Part shown: positions 51,829 through 59,914 of the stretch, one piece after another
How positions within the stretch are numbered: the stretch's first letter is position 1
How the letters are laid out: each line of letters opens with the position of its first letter
Origin: an uncultured Clostridia bacterium
GTDB taxonomy: Bacteria > Bacillota > Clostridia > Oscillospirales > CAG-272
NCBI GenBank assembly: GCA_948466345.1
Contig: CAOKAC010000005.1
Coordinates: 8,406-72,405, forward strand
Direction of reading: 5' to 3'
Length of the DNA stretch: 64,000 nucleotides
Program-made: the position numbers and the translations under genes
The notes under the pieces: model-generated
Database searches by the model: none
What the model was told of the DNA's origin: nothing
What the model saw: only the letters and a program-made list of their open reading frames with translations

Positions 51829-52605
51829 AGATACTACACTTACACCGGCTGCATCAAAGCGGGATTTTACCGACTCTATAAGATAGGGCTGGATATCAAA
51901 GTAGTCGTCTCTGTCACACCAGACACGCAATCTGTATTTTGTATAAACGATGTTGCTTTCCAGCATATCTGCTTTAGGAATAGGGTCCTTCATAATCAGC
52001 GCGCTGGATGCGGCTGCATCCAGCAGCAGGGATTTGACAGTATCTGCATTTGCCCCATTAGCGGCACGAAATTCCAGATCCAACCGGCGGATCTTTTCTA
52101 TAGAATAATTGACTACAGTGCTGCTGGTGAGAACACTATTTGGCATAATGATTCGTACACCGTCTGCAGTAACCAAGACGGTATGGAACATTCCGATGGA
52201 GTTTACAGTACCGCTGCTGGAACCGCAGTCTATATAGTCACCTACGGAAAAGGGGCGGAAGAGTAAAATCATGATCCCACCGGCAATATTGGAAAGCCCG
52301 CCCTGAAGCGCTAGCCCGACGGCAACACCGGCGCTTCCCAGCACGGTGATCATAGAAGCCATAGGCACGCCCAGATAAGCTGCTACTGTAATAATCAGCA
52401 CGATTTTCAAGGCAATATTTACAAAGCTGACGAAAAAGCTTTTTACAGACGGATCGGTATGTTTCGCGTTTTTGGGATTTTTGATTTTTTTGGTAATGAG
52501 CTTTATTAGCTTGAATCCCACAATCAAAATGATCAGGGAAATAAGCAGTTTTACCCCAGCATTCAGAGCAAAGTCGGAGACAGTATCAATAATTTTTTCC
52601 AGCAT
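51823..52605 (-). CDS. small-conductance mechanosensitive channel (MscS family)
   Basis: The ATG at 52605 follows AAGGAGG. TM helices are followed by PFSVGDYIDCGSSSGTVNSIGMFHTVL. Confidence 0.85.
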   Translation of the reverse strand: MLEKIIDTVSDFALNAGVKLLISLIILIVGFKLIKLITKKIKNPKNAKHTDPSVKSFFVSFVNIALKIVLIITVAAYLGVPMASMITVLGSAGVAVGLALQGGLSNIAGGIMILLFRPFSVGDYIDCGSSSGTVNSIGMFHTVLVTADGVRIIMPNSVLTSSTVVNYSIEKIRRLDLEFRAANGANADTVKSLLLDAAASSALIMKDPIPKADMLESNIVYTKYRLRVWCDRDDYFDIQPYLIESVKSRFDAAGVSVVSK

Positions 52606-52759
52606 GGCGCCCTCCTTATCAAGCATGTTATTGTGTAACATTACTATAACATGAGGCGCTGGAAAAAACAAGTATCTGATTGAAAACCAGGGCGTTAGTA
52701 TTGACCAATATTGCTTTTTTTAGCGAAATATGTTAATATTATAAAAACGCGGTAATATT

Positions 52760-53497
52760 ATGGAGCATCTTATGGAGAAAAACAACAAGCAGATCCTTTT
52801 AATATTGATTCCCGCATGTGTGCTGATATTGGGCTTGCTTCTATTTACGATATTTATGACTGTATATTCTCGTAGAGAAAAAGATGGCCCGGAGCAAACT
52901 TCCGACTTAAAGACAGAACAGCATACGCGGACGGAACCGCCGGCGACCACAGTTCCCGATGAACCTGCATCTATCACCGAGGGGGAAAGCACTGGCGCGC
53001 CGCAGACAACCGACACAAATGCGGGTGTGCAGTTTCAGGAGGTAAATGAGCAGGTGACGGCCAAAAATGAGGTGAATCTGCGCAGCAACATGGATCAGAG
53101 CGGCGAAGGAAATGTGGTGTATTGTCTTGTAAATGGAGAAGTCGCCCAAAGAACCGGTATGGGGAACAACGGTTGGTCCCGGGTGGTTTATAACGGACAA
53201 ACTCTGTACTGCGTAAGCAGTTATCTAACAACGGATCTTAGCTATGTGCCGCCTGCCTCTGAAACAGATTTATTTAAGACCAAGTTTGCACCGGTGAGTG
53301 AAAAAGTGACTGCCAAGGAGGCAACAAATTTGCGAGATCGCCCAAGTGTTCTAGAGCCGTCTCAGGTGATGGTACAGCTGCAGCATGGTCAGGTTGCGGT
53401 GCGGACAGGTATTGCAAACGAGGGATGGTCAAGAGTGGAATATAACGGACAAGTTTTGTACTGCATCAGCAGTTATTTGGAGCTTGTTGAAGAATAA
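52760..53497 (+). CDS. membrane-anchored protein with two SH3b domains
   Basis: An N-terminal TM helix, then a duplicated module VTAK...NLR........V......G..V....G....GWSRV.YNGQ.LYC.SSYL. Confidence 0.75.
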   Translation: MEHLMEKNNKQILLILIPACVLILGLLLFTIFMTVYSRREKDGPEQTSDLKTEQHTRTEPPATTVPDEPASITEGESTGAPQTTDTNAGVQFQEVNEQVTAKNEVNLRSNMDQSGEGNVVYCLVNGEVAQRTGMGNNGWSRVVYNGQTLYCVSSYLTTDLSYVPPASETDLFKTKFAPVSEKVTAKEATNLRDRPSVLEPSQVMVQLQHGQVAVRTGIANEGWSRVEYNGQVLYCISSYLELVEE

Positions 53498-53527
53498 CAA
53501 AAAAGAAGGGATGACTCCCTTCTTTTT
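53498..53527. terminator. bidirectional terminator
   Basis: Stem agaaggga / tcccttct flanked by A5 and T6. Confidence 0.75.
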
Positions 53528-53556
53528 TGTTATGTGTATTTTTGGGGGGAAGGCTA

Positions 53557-54151
53557 CTATTCAGAATTGCTTTTCACACGCAATCTTGCAATCGCACGTG
53601 CCAGTGTTGTCTGCGCTGTATGATATTCATGGAGGCCCTGTTTTTGTAGCAGCGCCTCCTTTGCAGCGTCGGCTGCGTGCCTTGCACGGTTTGCATCGAT
53701 CTCTTCCGGGCGTTCTGCGGAATCCACAAGAACGAGCACTTCGTTGTTTTCGATCTTTACCAATCCCGATGATACGGCTGCCGGCTGCAGTTCATGGAAT
53801 CCAGGCGCTTTTCTGTGGATTTCCTACTGCGCAGTATCTGAAGGTACATCATCGTCTCCGTCTATCGGCTGACCCAGTACGTTGAACATCCTTCCCAGGG
53901 TACGTTCTCCCACGGTTACGCATATACCACTGCCGGTTGATGTAACTTTCATTCCGCGCGCCATATTTTCACTGGTGTCCAGCAGAATGCAGCGTACCTT
54001 GTCTTTTCCTATATGCTGCGCGACTTCCATGATACGTTTTTTTCCCTTTTACAGTAACGGAAAGCGCCTCTTTTATTTTGGGAAGCTCTCCGGCATTGAA
54101 TTTGCAGTCAATGATCGGACCGGATATTTGTACGATTTTTCCGATACTCAT
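53557..54151 (-). pseudogene. atpD/atpC: decayed atpD'-'atpC fusion (F1 beta N-terminal ~110 codons joined in frame to the epsilon C-terminal ~75 codons)
   Basis: MSIGKIVQISGPIIDCKF..VKGKK, then a frameshift in the A7 run (54037..54043). Then MEVAQHIGKDKVRCILLD..TLGRMFNVLGQPID, then an in-frame TAG (53824..53826) where Trp is expected before EIHRKAPGF. Then HELQPA runs directly into epsilon-type AVSSGLVKIENNEVLVLVDSAERPEEID. Confidence 0.8.
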
Positions 54152-55086
54152 AAATCATACACCTCCTCGTTCTGCCTTTTTTCGAATTTTCTTTTCTGCG
54201 CCTGCGCTCCGGAGGAAATCTCCGTAATCTCTTGCGTAATAGCGGCCTGTCTTAAACGGTTATACTGTACCGAAAGTGTGGCAAGGATTTTCTCCGCGTT
54301 TTGATTTGCGGAATGCATTGCCGACATTCTTGCGTTCTGCTCACTGCAAAAGCTGTCTACAAGCGCGCTGTAAATGTAACCCGCAACATAGCTTGGTATA
54401 ATATTGTCAAGCACTTCTCCTACAGAAGGGGTAAATTCGAACGGGATTTTTACTGCTTCTTCTGTTTGATTGAAGGAGAAAATTTTTCTATGGAACGGTA
54501 ACAGCCGCTCAGCTTTTGCTTCCTCATACATGCTGTTTTTTATATCGGTGTAGATAACATATATTTTTTCAATTTTCTGACACGTAAACAGTGCAAGCAA
54601 TATCTCGCTGATTTCCCGGGCACGGTGCATCGTTGGATTTTGCGCCGTATACAAAAAGCTGCGTTCCACGGGAATGTTGTGATGTGCAAAATACTGTCTG
54701 CCGTATTCGCCGACGACAAACAGCTTTGTGTCTGCATGGTTGGCAAGCATGCGTTCGGCTTCTTTTATTACATTTTGATTGTACATGCCCGCCAGTCCCT
54801 TGTCTGCGGTAATAACGAGACAGGCGTAAGTACCATTCAGTGCCGGCATACCGTCCTCGGGATAAGAATACCGGCTTTTTACATCTTTTACTGTACGAAA
54901 TATCCGTTTGATCTCGCCTTTTATTGCATCAAAATACGGTCTTGTCCCATCTAGCTCAGCTTTAGCCTTACGCATTTTTGTAGATGCGATCAAATACATG
55001 GCATTCGTAATCTTTTGGGTACGGCGGCAGGCGCATTTGTTTCCAAACGATTCATCCAGCGGTCATATGTCTTTTGCCGATAAAAT
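54148..55086 (-). pseudogene. atpG: F1 ATP synthase gamma subunit with a damaged 5' end
   Basis: The 283-aa ORF from 54999 is a good gamma body (TQKITNAMYLIASTKMRKA.., ITQEITEI). Upstream in the same frame, SAKDI is followed by TGA (55063..55065). No start codon follows the AAGGAGG at 55089..55095. Confidence 0.65.
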
Positions 55087-55122
55087 GGCCTCCTTTTTTC
55101 GGAAGGCATCTTTTAACAAACG

Positions 55123-55158
55123 GCAAAGCCCCCTTCCTGCGCAGGAAGGGGGCTTTGC
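55123..55158 (-). terminator. hairpin terminator after the acyl-CoA synthetase fusion gene
   Basis: Perfect 18-bp palindromic stem gcaaagcccccttcctgc / gcaggaagggggctttgc. The downstream U tract is weak. Confidence 0.55.
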
Positions 55159-55195
55159 TGGGCAAATCTGTACGTATTTGTCCCCAGGCTGGCGT

Positions 55196-57502
55196 TTATT
55201 GTTCTTCTGCATCTTTTGTGCGAATTTCTACCCGGCGGATTTTGCCGCTGATGGTTTTCGGAAGTTCTTTTACAAATTCTACAATACGAGGATACTTATA
55301 AGGCGCGGTGTGCTCCTTTACATAATCCTGTACCTCTTTTTTCAGTGCGTCGGTGCCTTCCTTATCTTTTACTAAAACAATGGTGGCTTTTACAATCTGT
55401 CCCCGTACCGGATCCGGAACAGGTGTAATTGCACATTCCAGAACATAAGGCAGTTCCATGATGACGCTTTCGATTTCAAAGGGCCCAATTCGGTATCCGG
55501 AGGATTTGATCACATCATCGGTACGGCCTACATACCAAATATATCCCTCTTCATCCATCCAAGCGGTGTCTCCTGTATGATAGTACCCGTCATGCCAGGC
55601 TTCGCTTGTATGCTCATTATCGCGATAATATTCCAAAAACAGTCCAGGAGGAGTGGCCTCTTTGGTACTGATACAGATTTCCCCTGTTTCTCCAGCAGGA
55701 CAGCGGGTGCCGTCCGGGCGGAGAATTTCCAGTTGATACATGGGAGAGGGCTTGCCCATGGATCCGGGCTTAGGCGTACTGCCTACCAGGTTCCCGATGG
55801 AAAGTGTTGTTTCCGTTTGGCCGAATCCTTCCATAATAGTGAGCCCCGTGGCTGCTTTAAACTGATAGAACACTTCTGGGTTCAGCGCTTCTCCGGCAGT
55901 AGTCACATATGAGAGCGAGGACAGGTCATATTTGTTCAAATCTTCTTTAATAAAGAAGCGGAACATAGTGGGCGGTGCGCAGAAGGTAGTGATGTTGTAT
56001 TGTTTGAACAGAGGCAAGATATCATGGGCGTCAAATTTATCGAAGTCGTAGGTAAAGATAGCGCCCTCGCACAGCCACTGACCATAGAGCTTTCCCCATA
56101 GAGCTTTTCCCCAACCTGTGTCGGAAATGGTGAAGTGGATGCCGTCCGGATCAACATTGTGCCAGTACCGGGCGGTGATGTAGTGGCCGATGGCATACAG
56201 GAAGCTATGGGCGGCGATTTTGGGATATCCGGTGGTACCGGAGGTGAAGAACATAATCATAGGCTTGCTGCCGCAGGCGTCCGGTACTCTCTCCATTGTA
56301 TCGGAGGCATTTTGGACTCCCCCGTCAAAATCCAGCCAACCCTCTGCTGTGCCGCCGGCCATAATCAGCTTTACCGGCTCCTTGCTTTTTTGGGAAGCGG
56401 TTTGGGCATGCAGATGTGTATCTCCATCGGCAGTGCATACGATGGCGCTGACGCCGGCTGCATCAAATCGGTATACAAAGTCGTGTTCTACCAGCATATG
56501 GGTAGCGGGAATGGCTACAGCTCCCAGCTTATGAAGTCCCAGGATAGCCGCCCAGAATTGCCAGTGGCGTTTCAGAACAAGCATGACCCGGTCTCCCTGC
56601 CTGATTCCTACGGAACGGAAGTAGTTTGCAGTCTGATTGGACAGGCGGCTCATATCCCCAAAGGTAAACCGGCGTTCATTTTTTTTGTGATCCAAGTGGA
56701 CCATCGCCACTTTATCCGGACATTTTTTCCCAAGGGCATCTACTGTGTCATAAGCAAAATTATACTGTTCCAAATTGGAGAATCGAATGTCCTGAAGCAG
56801 TCCCTGTTCATTCTCTGTGCATTGGATAAAGGGTGCGATTACAGGATCCTTTGGCAACACGTGGAGCGCCGCAGTTTCAAAGGCTCCAAGGCTTGCGTCT
56901 TCCGTCGTCATGGTATAGGCCCCGTCGCCATGGTTCATAACCAGAGCTAGAAATTCGCAGTCTCCATCTACGGCAATCATCCCGTGAGGAAGACCAGAAT
57001 TATAGTAGATGGAGTCGCCTGTGTGGAGAAGTTCCGTTTTGCCGTCTACCTCTACCTTCAACGTGCCTCTCAAAATCAGGTCAAACTCCTGTCCGGCGTG
57101 GCAGCTGGTACGGATTTTTGCTGTCTGTTCTTCTTCGCTGTATTTTGCTGTAACGTAAAAGGGCTCGGCAATTTTTTCTTTAAATAGAGGCGCCAGGTTA
57201 TTATAATGGAATCCCTTTCGACGAACAATTGGAAGCCCGTCGCCGGCACGATTTACATAGTATTCGGAAAGGGTAGGGCTGGAGCCTTTCAAAATATCTG
57301 TGGGATCTGCACCCAGCCGTTGGGCGCATTTATAGATGAAGGTAAAGGTAAAATCCGACTCTCCTGCTTCCAATGCCTGATAGGCCGTTAGTGTAGTGCC
57401 GGTGCAGGCAGCCATTTCTTCTTCCGTAACCTCGCAGCTCTCTCGTAGCGCACGGATACGTCCTGCAACATCCCGAATAGCAGTGTTTACATTGTTTTCC
57501 AT
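55196..57502 (-). CDS. XRE-type HTH + cupin + AMP-forming acyl-CoA synthetase (medium/short-chain, ACSM/MbcS-like) fusion protein
   Basis: 768 aa. N-terminal HTH (RIRALRESCEVTEEEMAACTGTTLTAYQALEAGE). Cupin (GQEFDLILRGTLKVEVDGK..GDSIYYNSGLPHG). AMP-binding core FFTSGTTGYPK, YGQTE, YHTGD and GRTDDVIKSSGYRIGP. Confidence 0.85.
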   Translation of the reverse strand: MENNVNTAIRDVAGRIRALRESCEVTEEEMAACTGTTLTAYQALEAGESDFTFTFIYKCAQRLGADPTDILKGSSPTLSEYYVNRAGDGLPIVRRKGFHYNNLAPLFKEKIAEPFYVTAKYSEEEQTAKIRTSCHAGQEFDLILRGTLKVEVDGKTELLHTGDSIYYNSGLPHGMIAVDGDCEFLALVMNHGDGAYTMTTEDASLGAFETAALHVLPKDPVIAPFIQCTENEQGLLQDIRFSNLEQYNFAYDTVDALGKKCPDKVAMVHLDHKKNERRFTFGDMSRLSNQTANYFRSVGIRQGDRVMLVLKRHWQFWAAILGLHKLGAVAIPATHMLVEHDFVYRFDAAGVSAIVCTADGDTHLHAQTASQKSKEPVKLIMAGGTAEGWLDFDGGVQNASDTMERVPDACGSKPMIMFFTSGTTGYPKIAAHSFLYAIGHYITARYWHNVDPDGIHFTISDTGWGKALWGKLYGQWLCEGAIFTYDFDKFDAHDILPLFKQYNITTFCAPPTMFRFFIKEDLNKYDLSSLSYVTTAGEALNPEVFYQFKAATGLTIMEGFGQTETTLSIGNLVGSTPKPGSMGKPSPMYQLEILRPDGTRCPAGETGEICISTKEATPPGLFLEYYRDNEHTSEAWHDGYYHTGDTAWMDEEGYIWYVGRTDDVIKSSGYRIGPFEIESVIMELPYVLECAITPVPDPVRGQIVKATIVLVKDKEGTDALKKEVQDYVKEHTAPYKYPRIVEFVKELPKTISGKIRRVEIRTKDAEEQ

Positions 57503-57551
57503 AACTGAATCCTTTCAAAATAGAAATTTTTGCGATGGAAGGGAGACGGAT

Positions 57552-57822
57552 AAAAAAAGAAACCCGCCTCAATCTTGAGACGAGTTGTAAACCCGCGGTA
57601 CCACTCAAATTGCACAAAAACGTGCCACTTTATGGGCTCCATCAAGCCCTTTGCTGTTACGCCGCAATCACGAGAGACATCTACTTGTATGGCGTCTTCC
57701 ATAGGTTCGGGTCTCCGGCTCAGAAGGGATCGCTTCAAGGACTCATGCCTGCTTGCACCAACCGCAGGCTCTCTGCAATGAGGGGACTTGTTGCCGTCTT
57801 CGTCACAGCCTTTTATTTGATT
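57552..57822 (-). promoter_or_regulatory. T-box riboswitch leader (tRNA-sensing transcription attenuator)
   Basis: On the minus strand, a 94-nt Stem I (57810..57717) has a GA/K-turn (GUGACGAAG / CUGA), an AGAGAG bulge, a distal loop GGUUGGUGCAA and a specifier loop GAA-GCG-A. The T-box sequence AAUUUGAGUGGUACCGCG lies at 57611..57594. The terminator cgtctcaa/ttgaggcg plus a U-run lies at 57582..57552. Confidence 0.85.
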
Positions 57823-57828
57823 ATTCAC

Positions 57829-57857
57829 AGTATACGCCGGCTTTTTTTATTTGTCAA
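57829..57857 (-). promoter_or_regulatory. promoter of the T-box leader
   Basis: Minus strand TTGACA (57857..57852), 17-nt spacer, TATACT (57834..57829). Confidence 0.7.
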
Positions 57858-57996
57858 GTGGATTTGAAAAAATCATGGAAAATTTTCTAAGCGGGACAAT
57901 TGACTTGTCTGCGGGGGGAATGTATAATGATGGGGGATGCGACACAGCAGATGGCTGCATTTGATTTTCATTTATCATTGAAAGGAACAATAAACA

Positions 57997-58725
57997 ATGG
58001 CGTACAAATATAAAACAGAAATGCATTGTCACAGTAAATATGTTAGCTCCTGTTCCGATGTAGGAGCAAAAGAAATTGTAGAACAGTATCTGGAATTTGG
58101 ATACAGTACAGTGGTAATTACGGATCATCTTCATGAGGGTACCTTCCAGCATTGGATTCCCGAGGCAAGTCTGGAAGAACGTATCGAGTTTTTTTTAGAT
58201 GGATACAGAAAAGTGAAGGAATACGCCGGTGACAGACTGAATGTACTGCTGGGCTGTGAGATTCGATTCCCGAATACGGGGGGGACAGACTTTCTGGTAT
58301 ATGGCGCCGATGAGGCTTTCTTCCAAAACAATCCCGATATGTACCGGCATGAGCGCTATTGGATGGGCGCTTTGGTACATAACAACAATTATATGTTTTT
58401 CCAGGCACACCCCTTCCGGTTTGGCATGATGCTGGCGGAAGAGTATGTGATTGATGGAATTGAGGTTTTCAACGGGCATCCGACCCAAAAGTCTCACAAT
58501 CGAATGGCACAGGAATGGATACGGGAATATCCGCATTTTATCGGCATTTCCGGGAGTGACCACCATGAGGTGGCGCATCATCCGGATGCGGGCATTTTGA
58601 CAGAGGAACCCATCACCTCCAACGCGCAGCTATTGGAGATATTGCGCAGCGGTGCATTCCAGTGTATTCAGGATACGGATACAATGGAAAATTGCCGGCG
58701 GCAGATTTTGGGGGATAATGCGTAA
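57997..58725 (+). CDS. PHP domain-containing metal-dependent phosphoesterase
   Basis: MHCHSKYVSSCS (the HxH-type start of PHP), TDH, and GSDHH near the C-terminus. Confidence 0.7.
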   Translation: MAYKYKTEMHCHSKYVSSCSDVGAKEIVEQYLEFGYSTVVITDHLHEGTFQHWIPEASLEERIEFFLDGYRKVKEYAGDRLNVLLGCEIRFPNTGGTDFLVYGADEAFFQNNPDMYRHERYWMGALVHNNNYMFFQAHPFRFGMMLAEEYVIDGIEVFNGHPTQKSHNRMAQEWIREYPHFIGISGSDHHEVAHHPDAGILTEEPITSNAQLLEILRSGAFQCIQDTDTMENCRRQILGDNA

Positions 58726-58858
58726 AAGAGCCCGTTTTTTGATGTTCAAAATTTGTTCCGGCCATGGAAGTATAGAGAAGATTTCAGGAGAAATCGGTAG
58801 ATAAAAAGAGCAAATGTTATATTAAATTGAAAAAATGAAAATATTTTAATGAAATCTA

Positions 58859-58887
58859 TTGACATGCCCATATTTATTTGCTATAAT
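58859..58887 (+). promoter_or_regulatory. promoter of rplM-rpsI
   Basis: TTGACA, 17-nt spacer, TATAAT. Both hexamers are consensus. Confidence 0.75.
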
Positions 58888-58933
58888 GCAACATGCTGAA
58901 AAATTAACCAAATTGCAAATCGGAGGATATCTT

Positions 58934-59362
58934 ATGTCTACTTACATGGCAAAGAAAGAAACCGTTGAGCGCAAGTGGTACATTATCGATGCGGCTGGCA
59001 AGCCCCTTGGTAAAACCGCAGCGGCAGCGGCAACAATTCTTCGTGGAAAACACCGTCCTGAATTTACACCGCATGTTGACTGCGGCGAGTTTGTTGTAAT
59101 TGTAAATGCAAGCAAGGCTGTTCTCACGGGGAAAAAATTGGAGCAGAAATTCTATCGCCGTCACTCTGGCTATATCGGAGGACTTAAGGAAGTTTCCTAC
59201 AAAACTTTGATGGCTACAAAGCCCGAGTTTGCTATGGAGCACGCTGTCAAGGGCATGCTTCCCCACAACTCTATCGGCGCAAAGGCGATTACCCGTCTGA
59301 AGGTATATGCAGGCGAGGCTCACAAGCAGCAGGCACAGAAACCTGTTCCTTACGAAATCTAA
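58934..59362 (+). CDS. rplM: 50S ribosomal protein L13
   Basis: [30 protein letters not shown] at 58934 after GGAGGA. Confidence 0.95.
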   Translation: MSTYMAKKETVERKWYIIDAAGKPLGKTAAAAATILRGKHRPEFTPHVDCGEFVVIVNASKAVLTGKKLEQKFYRRHSGYIGGLKEVSYKTLMATKPEFAMEHAVKGMLPHNSIGAKAITRLKVYAGEAHKQQAQKPVPYEI

Positions 59363-59378
59363 GAGGAGGATGAACGAG

Positions 59379-59780
59379 ATGTATACAAGTGCAAAACCTT
59401 ATTTTTACGGTACCGGCAGAAGAAAAAGTTCTGTTGCCCGCGTTCGTCTTTATCCTGGGACAGGCAGCATAACCATCAATGGCCGTGATATCGACGACTA
59501 CTTTGGCCTGGAAACCATGAAGCTGATCATCAATCAGCCCTTTGAAGTAACAGGCACAGTTGGAAAATTTGACATTGTTGCCAGCGTAAAGGGCGGCGGA
59601 TTTTCCGGCCAGGCCGGCGCGATCCGTCACGGCGCGTCCCGTGCTCTGCTTTTGGCAGACGAGACCTTCCGTCCTGCACTGAAAAAAGCAGGCTTCCTCA
59701 CTCGTGACCCGAGAATGAAGGAAAGAAAGAAATACGGACTCAAAGCGGCTCGTCGTGCAAGTCAGTTCTCAAAGAGATAA
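59379..59780 (+). CDS. rpsI: 30S ribosomal protein S9
   Basis: [15 protein letters not shown] and the C-terminal [14 protein letters not shown] at 59379, 9 nt after GAGGAGG. Confidence 0.95.
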   Translation: MYTSAKPYFYGTGRRKSSVARVRLYPGTGSITINGRDIDDYFGLETMKLIINQPFEVTGTVGKFDIVASVKGGGFSGQAGAIRHGASRALLLADETFRPALKKAGFLTRDPRMKERKKYGLKAARRASQFSKR

Positions 59781-59795
59781 ATACTATGGAATATT

Positions 59796-59830
59796 ACACC
59801 CTACAGATTTTTGCCTGTGGGGTGTTTTTC
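59796..59830 (+). terminator. terminator after rpsI
   Basis: 11-bp stem acaccctacag / ctgtggggtgt (one G-U pair) followed by TTTTT. Confidence 0.7.
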
Positions 59831-59914
59831 TTGTTCTTTGGAGGAATGCGCAGTTGCTTTTTGTGTCAAAATACAGTATACTATAGTCATATTTTTCAGG
59901 GGGAGGAAGAACAT

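Noticed and set aside
53557-53763. ORF-track 68-aa ORF taken as an intact atpC
   Set aside because: It contains only the C-terminal helical part of epsilon. The frame continues upstream, without a start codon, into beta-subunit sequence, so it is part of a fused pseudogene.
58888-58933. Ribosomal protein L13 leader RNA upstream of rplM
   Set aside because: The leader is only ~45 nt long and I could not fold any convincing conserved hairpin. There is not enough evidence.
59786-59914. N-terminal extension of the large secreted protein (ORF-track start at 59786)
   Set aside because: The extension overlaps the rpsI rho-independent terminator (59796..59830). A GTG with a strong RBS at 59915 starts exactly at a signal peptide.
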